Shown: piece after piece, positions 23,671 through 35,714 of the stretch
How positions within the stretch are numbered: position 1 is the stretch's first letter
Layout: each line of letters begins with the position of its first letter
From: Camelus dromedarius
Lineage: Eukaryota
NCBI RefSeq assembly: GCF_036321535.1
Contig: NC_087445.1
Location: 62,870,001-62,934,000 of the forward strand
Length of the DNA: 64,000 nt
Direction: 5' to 3'
Notes under the pieces: generated by a model
Databases searched by the model: none
Seen by the model: only the letters and a program-made list of their open reading frames with translations
Told to the model about the DNA's origin: nothing
Translations under genes and position numbers: made by a program

Positions 23671-26600
23671 GAAAACTCTGGCCTAGACTCGCTTCGGAAT
23701 CTTGCAGACCTGGGTCCAAGCTTTTCTGAGCCTCGGTCTCCTTATCTATTAAGTAGGGATGATGATAACATTTCCCCGATAAATTCTTGGATAATGAAAT
23801 GAGATAAAGCACATAAAGCCCTTGGCAGAGCTCTTGGCATATCATGAACATCTGGTTCATAGGATTATTTTCATCATCAACAGGCTGGTCTCAAGCTATT
23901 TATCATCTGCCCATATCCACCACCTTCCCTGGCCCAAGAATCTTTTCCAGATTCACCTTCCCCTCTAAGTTTCTTTCTCCCTCTTTTCTAACACTGTTGG
24001 CATATCTATTGTATTGTTTGCAAATAAATCATGCATTAAAGTAGCATACACAAGCAATTATAGTTACTTATGTGGCTCTTCTTCCTCACCCAGTACACTG
24101 TGAGCTCCTTGAAGGCACAATCTGTGTCTGATTCGCCTCTGTGTCATCTTCCCTAGCACAACACCTGGTACACTCTAAGCGCCCAATGCAAGGTGGTGGC
24201 ATTGACCCTGCTACAGCAGTGGTGATGGTGGTTATGACAATGGTGGTGGTGGCAGTAACGGGGGGGGTGGGATTTTGACTGTCAATTCCTTTTCAAAGAG
24301 CAGTCATTTGGAATTCTCTTCTCAGTTTGAGCCAAGAAGTGTAAATAGAGCAAACAAGTCTTTCTGGCAGAGAGAGAGAAACTGCTAGAAGGTCAGACAA
24401 CCACAACAAGACCAAAATTATACACGGCTCTTCCTAGGGCAGCATGAAAAGAAAAAAAATAAATCACATTGGAATTCAGAGGACTTGAGCACTAGAAAAA
24501 AGTATCCAGAGCTATAGAGCATTTTACAGTCTTTCAAATATTAGCAAACAGTCTCTTAAGTTTTCTATGTGAGAGCCCTGTGGGGAAAGTTATCATGACC
24601 CATTTTACAGATGAGGACATTGAGTCTCAGAGAGATGCAAAAGCTATTTCTGAGGTCAGAAGTCATGATGACTAAATCAAATTCAGACTTGGCTGTGTGG
24701 TCTAGAACAAGCCATTCCTTACCTCTAGGTCTGAGTTCTACTATTTGTAAAACAAAGATACTGATCTGTAAAATAAAAAAGGATTTGATTTTAGTATCCA
24801 TCTCTACTTATAAATGCTGTGTTTGAAATGGAATACAAGATGTATGTATCTTTCTCTTCCCAATATTAATTTAAGGAGTAATCTCTTTGTATAGAAAATA
24901 AATTGCAGGTCACAAGATGCCTCTTCAAACCTCAAAAGAGTTCCCTTATTTTCAGGGTAGAATTAAGATCTGACCCTATCATAGTGCCAAAGGGGGCCGT
25001 GGATAAAGTTAGCCCTACTTCTCATTGTATAGATAAAGAAACAGAGACCAAAAGAGTAGAAGCATTCATGTCCAATGCCATATAACAATCAAGGACAGAA
25101 CCTAGTTCAAATTCCAACTGTCCCAGTTTCCTAGTTCTTCCAAAGAAAACTCCCAACCCCCAAATGGATAGGGACAGATGCTACAATGTCTACTCTACAA
25201 ATGAGTAAAAGTAAGGTTGCCCAGACAATTGATGGTAGAGATGGATTCAAATTCAGCTCAGTCTGGCTCTTCACCAAGACACTATTCTGTCTCCTCTATT
25301 TGGAGCCTCTTTTTCTTTACCCAAAGGCTAAGTTAACACCCACACAAAGTCTTACACATTTAAGCACTAGTTGTGCTTAGCCAAGCTCTGTGGCTTTGAG
25401 CTGTTGAAGGGTCATTTAACAGGTGGAGGGAGGAGATTATGTATTAATCAAAGACATCTCCATCATAAAGACTTTCTTCCTACTTCACTTGTTCAAAACC
25501 AGAGCACCATGTGTAATGAAGGGCTCCTTTCCAGCTGAGGCAGAAGGTATCATCCTTTCCCACGCATTCATGGAAATGGATCCAAGGAGATCCCAACCAC
25601 CAGAGATGCTGGTGTCCAGTGGTCCCCCCCCCAGGCTATCCAGAATCAGAGGCCAGAGCTGCCAGGCAAATCTCAGGCAAGTCACACCACTCACTGATAC
25701 TCCCTGACTGTGCCACACAATGGGACTCAGCACTTCAGACAGCTCAAGTAGTCAGCTGTTCTCACATAGAAGAATGGTTCCATTCTGCTCTGGAAGGTCT
25801 ATGGAAGGAAAGCCTTTCACTTGTGTGTAATTCCATCTACAGTAAATAAGAGTATGAGTTCCAGCAATGGTTATAATGTGAGAAAATGCTCCTGAAATCC
25901 CTCCATTTGTGATCTACCCTTTTGGGTTAACCAGCGACCTGTCCCATACAAAATACAGATCTTACTCTAACTGTCATGTCCCTAGAACTTTGGGCATCTG
26001 CAAAGTTACTGCATACTAGCTAGAAGAGGATGCACCAAAGGAAGCACAGAAAAAGGAAGGAGTCAGTTTAGACAAACATTATTGTTACCACTATCATAGA
26101 AAACAGGAGTCCATTACATGCTATACGTACCATGTGCTCATTATCATTTGATCCCCATGAAGCAGGAATCACAAGACTCCATTCTATAGATATGGAAACT
26201 GAGGTTTGGAGACGTCATTCAGCATCACACAGGAATATCGGATTGAGGCAGGATTCCAACTCCTCCTGAGCAGAGCACACAGCCTGCACTATCTGATGCC
26301 ACTTAGACAAAGCCTCTTGTAGGACACTCTGAAGGAAACCTACCCAACATCCCTGTTTTTTTCAGGTATGAAAAGAGAGGCCCAGGAAGGAAAAAGGACT
26401 TGCCCCAGCCTTGCTATGACTCAGTGTCAGAGCCCAAGTCGAGGACCTTTTGTGTTTAATCCATGCGGCCTCTGCCTCTGGCTGCAGAGAATGGCAGAGG
26501 AGTGGAGAAGCCGTGGGAGGAGTGATGGGGGCTTGGGGAAGAGGCAGAGAAACAATGACGGCCATGCTGAAAGTGGCTGCCTCCTTGTCGCACCAGCCTT

Positions 26601-29429
26601 GCTCAGCGGCCACGTTCCCCTTCTCTGGATCATTTCCAGACCTGCAGGTGGGCCTGTCCTGCCTACTCTGACCACAGCCTGGCTCCCCTGTAGAGGCCTA
26701 ACACACTGCAGCCCCCAGGCTGCTGTGAAACTCTAAACAAGCCTGTTGTTGGGGTTTGGGGAGGAAGAGAAGAAACCAGTCAATCAGCTCTAATGTTCCT
26801 TTGTAGGGATGACTGCAACAGGAGAGGAGCTTGGCACTGAGAAGACATCACTCACGCCTACCTGTCTGCCCTAACTCCCTACGGCTGCCCACCAGCAGAG
26901 GCCAGACTCCTCACCAGCACAACCTCCATGGCTCTGCCCAGCCTGGCTGCCGCCTCTCCTCGGCGGAGCCTCAGGGAAATGGGCCACGTCTGCACATTCT
27001 TCAGGCCTCTGTGGGAGCTGGGCCTTCCACCCTGCATGCTCCCGGGCTCCTCCCCTCCCCCAAACCCAGCCCTCCACATTCTCTTTATGCACCTGACCCC
27101 CGAGAACTAATTTCAATGGCACTTTCCAAAGGAAGCCTCCGCTCACCTCACAAAGCCCTCTGTCACCTACTTTTAACCCACAGGCCTGGAATTCTCTTGG
27201 TACTTAGCACAGTCTGTCCTTCCTACTTTGGTGTGATTGTTTCAATGATATCTGTCCCCTCCGCAGGTCTGTGCACTTCATGAAGATAAAGACTGTGCCC
27301 ATTTGTGTCTGTTTGTCATACGCTTTACTTCTCAGCCTGGGACGCAGTACAGGGCATGTAGTAGGTGTGCAAAAATACTGAATGAATCAATGAAGGGCTA
27401 GTGCTTCTGAAGCAGCAGATGTCCCATAAGGAGAACAGTGACATCTAGTGACCACTGTCATACTCCTGGGCTCCTCGGACAGCACATGTATTGGCCTCAG
27501 GAAGTGGGTATTTTGAGGATGCTGAGGGAGGCTGGCGTAGCATGCAGACACGGGGAATCTGACTCCTGAGCAAAGAGGAGAGGAACCAGCACATGTCCTG
27601 CTACCACACGTGCCAAGAGCACGTCATAAAAGTCCTTTGACTTAGCTAGTGTTGAACCACATTACAGAAGAGTAGAGTGTGGCCCAGATAGACAGTGACT
27701 GGGGCAAGTTCACAGAGTGGGCAGTGGGGATATTCACAGCCTCACCCACCAAAACCTGGAGGGCTCAGCCCCACACAGCTACCAAGGAGCAGCTTTGTCC
27801 TCACTGACACAACACTGGTCAGACCACCCCTGGTATTTGCTGGAAGCTTCAACAGCCTCCTCATGCATCTCCCTGCTTCCCCTAACAGTTCCACAGTTGA
27901 CTCTCACCCTGAAACCAGAGGTGTGGAGATGTACACGCATTTGGCTTTTTTGGATCTTTCGTTATTTTTACTTTGGGGACCTCTGATTATTTGTGATGCT
28001 TAATTCATGACTTGAGCTCACTGCTGTACCACGCATAATTAGACTTTATATATTCATCCAGTTAGTGCTCATTAGTTAGCTGGTTTTAATACTTTCATAA
28101 ACCCTGACAAATCCAGCACCTAAACAGTTAGGAACCTGACTATGTTCATGTAACTCATCCTCATGCCATCACCCTGCCTCCCTTGACTTAAGACCACCAT
28201 CATCCTAACCTATGCTCATCATTCCCTTGATTCTTTTTTAAAGTTATCCATTGCATCTGTATGTATTCTTAAAGTAGTGTGTTTGGTGTGTATCCATTTT
28301 AACTTAAAACAGGAAAGGGCATCTATCATGCTATATAAAATGTACCTTTGGGATTTCCGGTCTTCACTGAACATTATGTTCACCCACCTCATTGTCACTA
28401 TGGTTCACTCATTGTGGCTATAGTACCGTGTTCCGTTGTATGCATATTCCACATCTCATTTAACTGCTCTCCCATGGACGGTCATCTGCGTTGTTTCCAG
28501 AGGGCTCTTTCTGCCACTTAAATCTAATCCTATCAGTCTCCTGCTAATCTTCAGTATGTCATTGCCCTCCAGATAGGGTCCAGACTCCATGACCTATATT
28601 ACAACCGGCTAAATAAGCAAGTTCTTCCCAACCCCTCTGGCCTCATCTCTGCTCTCCCTCCATCTCTTAGTCTAAGTAATGGGAAGTTTCTATTGGACTG
28701 TATACAGACCATGTTCTTTTCTCCCTCAGGTTGTCTACCTGGTACTCTCCCCACTTTCCTATTCTCTTCTCCTCTCTCCTCTGTGAAGCCCTTCCTGATC
28801 ACTCACCATGCAGTGGCCCTTACTCAGCCCAACAGCATGCTGTGGGAGGAGCACATAATCCAGAGCATCTTACTGGACTTGGTCGGTGGTCTACAGACTG
28901 TCTTCCCTGGAGGCCCAGGGCTGCCCAGAAGCTGCTGCATAGGGAAGAGTGGGGGCCAGGCAGAAATGCTTTATCCACCTTCTTCTTTCTTACTGAAGGA
29001 GTGGCATCACTATTTCTGGTTTTGTGGATTGGGGTTCCTGAAGACTGCATTTGGAAAAAGTACTCCACAAACACAAGTTTGCAAACCAGTGAACCAAATC
29101 ATTCACACAATCCTCTCAAGCCCTGACATGCTATAGTTGAAAATGAGAGAGACACAAAGAGGAAAAAGATGTAATTTCACAATTAAGCATGCAAGCTCTC
29201 CAGCAGACCAACACTGAGCAAATCACTAAATGTCTTAGGTTTCCTCACCTGCAAAGTAGGAATAGGATGAAGGTGAACCACATGGAATTGCCATTTTCAT
29301 GAATAAATAATGGTCAAATGTTAGAAATTCCATATGAGTCAACAACATACCTATGAGTAAATCATAGATCTGGAAGGTAGCTTCAGTGAGCTAACCTGAG
29401 TACAGCACTGAAGTACAGACTTCTAGATT

Positions 29430-29815
29430 TTAACCAAATCCACATCTTCTTCTCCTGGGAAAACTGACAGACTGCATTTCCCTGTCTTCATTTGCAGACA
29501 GGGGTGCCCAGTGGCTGAACTCTAGCCAACCAGTGAATGGGAGCTGAAATGATAATTTGCCATTCTCAGGCGTGGCCCATTTAAGCTTCTCGTGTGCAAC
29601 CTTCCATGTTCTTTCTTCTTCCAAAGCAGCCTTGGAAGCATCAGATGAACAGAGCACAAGATGGAACAGGCTGGGTCCCTGAACCACTTCTCAGAGTAAA
29701 GCCACTCATCAATCAAAAACATCTACTTAGGACTCTGCACAAACAAGAAATAACCTCAATTGTACTAAGCCACTGAGATTTGAGAATTTGTCGGTCACAG
29801 TACCTCTTGTTACCA
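29430..29815 (+). mobile_element. MaLR MLT1J-like LTR
   Basis: gactgcatttccc...cacaagatggaacaggctgggtccctga...aagaaataacctcaattgtactaagccactgagatttg. Confidence 0.7.
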
Positions 29816-29987
29816 AGCTGTATGTGTGCTTAAAACATGGTAAGGAATCAAGAAATGCTAGTCCTCGCCATGATGGTGATGATGGTGGTGAGGATGACAG
29901 TCCTGGTGGACAAAGGGCCCACCAAGGGCAGGAGATATGAGGGTTGGCACTTAGATTTGACTTAGTGACTGCGTCAGGGGAGCTCAC

Positions 29988-30253
29988 CTCCTTGGTGCCA
30001 TTGTCCTGGATGAGGCTGTAAAGTGGTGCCACACGGCTGATCTCCAGCAGTACCGGGGTGGGGCTCAACTGCTCTTTGCCCGGTCGGCGGCAAAGGTGGC
30101 AGGTTGATGGACAGCGGCCTTTCTCTTCACAGCGGATCTCCACACCCGAGATGAGCTGGTCATCTGACAGCATCTGGGCCGTCAGCAGACCTGAGAGGTA
30201 GGTGATGAAGGGCATGGACTTGAGCTCCTTCTTGCTGCCCAACTCCGTGGTCT
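29988..30253 (-). CDS. ASTN2: Astrotactin-2 internal coding exon (266 nt; (E)TTELGSKKELKSMPF...IQDNGTKE)
   Basis: The translation is recognisable ASTN2 (CEEKGRCPSTCHLCRRPGKEQLSPTPVLLE). Acceptor tctcttctctag|AG at 30254/30253 and donor GAG|gtgagc at 29988/29987. It has 2 nt plus 88 codons and ends in phase 0, matching the next exon. Confidence 0.96.
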
Positions 30254-32159
30254 CTAGAGAAGAGATAAGTTCGGTATTGTTCAAAAAGTCAGACTCCTGA
30301 ACCCATAAAGATGTGCTAAAGAAGTGGTATCCGCTGGAAAGGAAATAAAAAGATGACAGAGTGGTTTGTTCATGATGCTTTGGAAAGAGCGTTGACCTGA
30401 GGGTTCAGAGGCCAGAATGGTGTCTTTTTCTACTATTATATTAAATGATCCTTTGCTTTCTCTAGGCCTCACTGTCTCCAGCTTTAAAGTCAGTAGGTTG
30501 GACTAGAGGATTCTTCAAGGATCTTGCAAGATGTAAATATTCATGCATATTTTTCCTAACCAGAAATTCCTTTCTCTAACTGTCAATTTGTATAAATGCT
30601 ACCTTTCTTTTAAAAACTTGCTCCAGTTCTATATTTCCCATGAAGTTCCATGTTATGGGGGAAAGGCAAACTTTGGAGTCAAGTCAATTTCAGTTTAAAT
30701 CTCAATTCTGCTTTCTAAGTGCCTATAGTGATTAACTCTGCAATGTGTGGTTAATAATAACAACTGAGGCAGTTATGACTGGTAAATGAGACAGGAGAGG
30801 GACCTGTCTGGAAAAGGCACGATTTCCCCCTTTCTTTCCACGCTCGTCTATTCCCTTATTCAAACTTCTTTTCCTCAGAGCCGTCATGTGCGTGAGTGAC
30901 ACATGTCCTGTTCTGTGCTGTCCCTCCTGATCTATACAACTGGCGTTTCCCATCTCTGTGCCTTTGTTCACCCTGTCCTCTTTTTCCCCTCTACCTCTCC
31001 AAATCATTACTACTCATCAGTGTTCCATCTCAAAGTGACCTTCTTCAGGAAGTCTTTCCTCCTTGCCCCAGCCCTTCTTCTCTGGATAAGCATTTCTGCT
31101 CATAAGATCTTACCCTGTTAAGCTCATTTTCTGTTGACCTCTCTAACCATATAATCAGCTCATGGAGACCAGGGGCCATATTTCTCAGTCCAGGCCCCCA
31201 ACCTTCAGTGCCTAGCATGGTGCTAGGAATATTCTTGAGGTTTTATCAAAGAGAGAAAATATCTAGTCTGGGGGCTCCAAAATTATTCTGAGGAACTCTA
31301 GGGATCACAGCAGGCATCTCAGCAGCTTCCTGAAGAGGGCAAGAGGGAAACTGAGCAGGCAGTACTCTAAACCTACACCTCAGCTTCAAATAGAAAGTCC
31401 CACCATCTCCTTTATAGACTGGCCTCCTACATGAGATTTCATAAGAAGAAGGGGCTCAAAGCATGAAGCAGCAAAGTGATTTACACAACTCAGAGGGTTC
31501 CATTTACATCACAGTGTCCTCAGAGCTGTACAATGCAGAGTTAGACACAACAACGTGGCCCTGTACTAAGGGACAAAGCTTGGTCCAGATGACAGGTTCA
31601 TCCAAGCCTAGTGAAGTCAGGGCAAGTTCCTGCCTCAGTGGAAACAGGGGCCCTGGGCACCAAGTCCTAGGAGAAAAAAGAAGGTTGTTTCCTGCTCTCA
31701 GCTTGCAGTGACATGCAGCTGATCTGGAAATGGGCTTGCCAATTAGAAATACAAATAAACGCAGTCTTCATTCATTACTCTCTGGCCCTCGGGCTTGGGA
31801 TCTGGGCTCCACCTTTTCTGTCTGGCTGTCAGCAAATGCTTATGAGCATCAGATCAAAGGCTCTGGGGGAAGAAGACGAGGCAAATTCCAGCTAACCAAT
31901 CCTTCAGAGGGATTAAAGAAGAGTAGTTACTAAGATAAACAAAACAAAGCTGCGAAGAAGGCATCTCAGCAGCTGGGGAGACGGAGAGAGTCTTATATAC
32001 AGACATGTCAAAAGAAGATGATGACGACCTTTGGAAGTGCAGGCTGGAGGGACAGTTTTGGAGAAGGGTGACTTCCAACTTGGGAGAGAACTATTCAGGG
32101 GAGAAGGTCAGGGAAAGTCAGAGCTGCAAGGACATTAGGAAGTGGTCAGCCCACACCCT

Positions 32160-32380
32160 GATGCAGAATTCAGTAAACCATGGCCCATGTGTCAAATCCA
32201 GCCCTCTTCCTGTTTCTTGTAAATAAAGTTTTATTGGAACACAGCCCCCCTCATTTACTTATATATTGTGTATGGCTACAATGGCAGAACAGAGTAGTTG
32301 CAACAAAGACCCTATGGTTCACAAAGCTTAAAACATTTACTATCTGACCCTTTACAGAAAACACTTGGAAACCTCTGCTC
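32160..32380. mobile_element. MER58A-like hAT element
   Basis: gtaaataaagttttattggaacacagcc...tttactatctgaccctttacagaaaa. Confidence 0.8.
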
Positions 32381-33344
32381 TAGCCCTAAGCTACAGATGG
32401 GGAAACTGAGTCTCAGAGAGAGGTTACACAGGAATGTGGCAGTACGATGGATTAAAGTAAAAACTCTGGAATCAACAGACCACCAATACATGTGGATTGT
32501 GAACCTCCAAAGAGAAAAAATAGAGTAGAGCATCTTTTCTCTATAAAATATCTTTGGAAAATTATTGAAAAAGTATACCTTTGAAAAGGCTAGTCTGGTA
32601 TAATTCTCCCATTTTGAATGAGAGGAAATAGTGTCCCAAAGAAGGTAAATGACTTTTTGAGGTCACATGGTGAGTTAGTGATCCTTTTAGTACATGATCC
32701 CAGCCTTCTGTTAACCAATTCATCACTTAAACTACACTACTTTTTTTTTTTTAAATCTCATACTTTGGAATATAGACGCCCTGCCCCTCATAGCACCTTG
32801 CCATAATTTAATTGGGCAAATAATGCAACATGGTGCTGGGGGTAAGGATTCCCTTGATGAAACAAACATTCATAGCCATCGGATTAAAGATCTAAATATC
32901 TGTCTAATACAAAACAAGCTATTGATCTTAGTTGGTCTGCTTTTGCCCAATAAATTTTTTTTTTCAATCTATCAGCTCAACGTAAGTGGGGTTATAAGTA
33001 CTCAATATAAGTACTTTTAAGTGGGGTTAAAAGCCCATAGTCCAGGCTGAAAACTGCATTCCGGTAGCAGTATAGAATTTAAGCTGAATTTAAGGGCTTA
33101 TTTTGCAAAATGAGGGCCCTGGGATATCATCTGGTCCAGCCGCATTGCTTAACAAGTGAGGAATCTTGTAAGACCTAAATGGAAAAAGGGATTTAACTGT
33201 AAGTCCCACATACATTTATTAACAACGATCCTTTTTGTAAAGATTGTACCATGCTTAAATTATGATCTGGATGAAAGTTACAACAGGGAAGACCATTAGC
33301 CATTCCATTAATTATTCCTCTGTAGACACTACAATTGCAAAAGC

Positions 33345-33950
33345 TAATTGCTTCTGATCCAACCTCACTCTGTGGCTAAAGTCATCTTTTCAAGAAGCAA
33401 ACTCTATATCCTTCTCCTGCTTAAATCTCTTCCAGGGCACTTCATTGCTCTCAAGATGAAGACCAAAATCCTTAACATGGCACATAGGTAATGTGGGATC
33501 TAGACAGCCTGTCTGCCTGTCCAGTCTGATTTCTCATCCTGTTGCTCCTAATTCTCCTCCTGTCAGCTACGCTGGCCTTCACATTTCTTGCATACACCCT
33601 GTGCCTTTCTGTCTTGGCAATGCTCTTCTCTCTGCACAGAATGCTTTCCCCCGCCCCACCCTCCACCCCTGCCTTCTGGCTCACTCCCACTCATCCTTCA
33701 GATCTCAGTTCAAGGGCCTGTTCCTCAGAAAAGCCTCTCCTGAACTCCATGCCACCAGTCTCTATTAGGGTTTCATACTAAAGATCCTCATAGCATCCCG
33801 TTCTATGTACCATCCACTAACATCTACAGACTATAAGATCCATGAGGGCAAAGGCAGTGTTAGTTTTGCTGATTTCCACATCCACTTTACCTATTACCTG
33901 GAGTACAGTACGATTTTAATAGTATTTTCAATAACGTATTTGAATATATA
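33345..33950 (+). mobile_element. L2 3' fragment
   Basis: ctcctgcttaaatctcttcca...cactcatccttcagatctcagttcaa...taagatccatgagggcaaagg. Confidence 0.7.
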
Positions 33951-35591
33951 TTTACATACCCTGATCACTGTGCTAGCTCATCAAAACACTGATGAGTCTA
34001 AGAGCCAAGATCTGTAAATTTCAGGATTGACAATCATATTGATGGCTTGCCATCAAGTGGCAAGCTCTTCCCAAAGAAAAACTAGCCCTTGATTGAAAGG
34101 TTAACAGATGAATAGCTGATCAATTTGCCAGCTGTTCTGACCTCCTCCAGGTTTTCACATAGGCCCTTGCCATCGAGGGGATGGGAGAGTTCAGTTAAAA
34201 CAAGCCGTCTTTAACAGGCCAAGGATAAAGAGCATTTTTGAAGAGACTTATCCTCTGTTCACATTTCCCATCCCTCTGAACAATGATTCCAAAATAGGAT
34301 CATGTCTGGTTTCAAGCCCAATTCAGTTCCAATGACACTACAACCCATTCATTTGAGAACCTGCCAACTGAACTCTCTTTTTTCTCCTCCCAAATTCCTG
34401 CTGGGTATTATTTTGTTGCCACCAGAGGAGGAAAAAAAAAGCCTCAGTTGAAGTGACAACTCCTTGTTGGGAGGGCAGCCAGGGCTTTTCAGCAGGAGGT
34501 GATGGCACCGCTTGCCCTCATCCAGAAAACAAAACAAAGGCATCAGACTCAGGGCTTCTGGGAGAGCCAAAGCCGCGTGAATGTTTGTTCAATATTCGGC
34601 AACAGCGCAGGGCGCTGCCTCCCGAGTCAGACAGGCTTGCTTTGGCAGTAGGCTTCCACTTGAAGCATTTAAAGGCTCCACAGGGACCAGAGGGGCTCAA
34701 ATTAGAAACGTTAGGGTGGGGGAAAGAGGGTGAGACTTTTATATCATAAAGAATGGCCTTTATTACAGCAACGGCCTCCCAGGAATTGCTGAAATGGGAT
34801 CATTTCTTAGGCGGAGTTACTGTCTCCTGTTGGAGGAAAGCAATTGCTCTGAAGCCTGCCTCAAGGACCCACACAAATATCCTTAACAAAGGGAGAGGTA
34901 GCCTGCTGAAATGTCTTCGCTGGTCTGCCCTTCATAAATAACAGTACCGACCTGAAGGAGTATTTGTGGAGATTAAAGAAGGTGCCTGGCAAAGGCTAAG
35001 CACTCAGTCAATATTAGTTGTTATTGTTGTTCCTGCTGTGGTTGTTTTAATTGTTATCGCTATTGCTGGAACAAGACGGTAAAACTGAAATTTCTATTGA
35101 GACACCAAGACAGAATGGAAGTGAAATCCCAAAGCCAAGGCCCTAGATACAGAATTCACAAAGGAGGTGAATCCCAACTAGTTTTATAACTCTAGAAACC
35201 TCAGCCAGAACAAGAAACTAAAATGAGGTCAGAGAGGAGACAGGAAGGATTTAGGGGAGATTTGCTTTGGAGACAGCTATTATCTAACGTTTAGAGTCCT
35301 GAACACCCCAGGTGGGACGTGCAGAGCACAGTACCTTCTAAGCCCAAGTTTTGTGACAAGGGGCCCCAAGAGTGCATCTTGGAGAAATTGTTAAGTGCCC
35401 CTGGCAATGGGGAAGATAGTGGACCAGGGTCCTACTCTACTTGCAAAAGCTCTAGCAGCCTGTGGGAGCAGAACAGAAGGGGCTGCACAGGGATTAGCCC
35501 CAAATCCCAGAGGTTGCCAGTGTAAAAAATGCTTGAGGATTTCCCCTGGGCCAGATGTGGATCCCAAAATAGGAAGAGCTGGGCTGGATCT

Positions 35592-35714
35592 GGGTTTTTG
35601 GGGTTTTTGTTTTGTTCTCTTTTGTTTTCCAGTGGAGGTACTGGGGATTAAACCCAGGACCTCATGCATGCTAAGCATGTGCTCTAACCACTGAGATATA
35701 CCCTCCCTGCCGCC
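35592..35714 (-). mobile_element. tRNA-derived SINE (camelid Vic-type)
   Basis: The minus strand reads GGGAGGGTATATCTCAGTGGTTAGAGCACATGCTTAGCATGCATGAGGTCCTGGGTTTAATCCCCAGTACCTCC (A- and B-box-like), followed by an A-rich tail. Direct repeat ctggatct at 35584-35591 and 35715-35722. Confidence 0.88.

Noticed and set aside
29727..30284. 185-aa ORF as a stand-alone gene
   Set aside because: It is the ASTN2 exon plus read-through into flanking intron and MLT1 sequence. Canonical splice sites delimit 29988-30253.
35630..35710. Possible tRNA genes here and at ~41005-41080
   Set aside because: The cloverleaf is degenerate, and the A-rich tails and TSDs indicate SINE copies.
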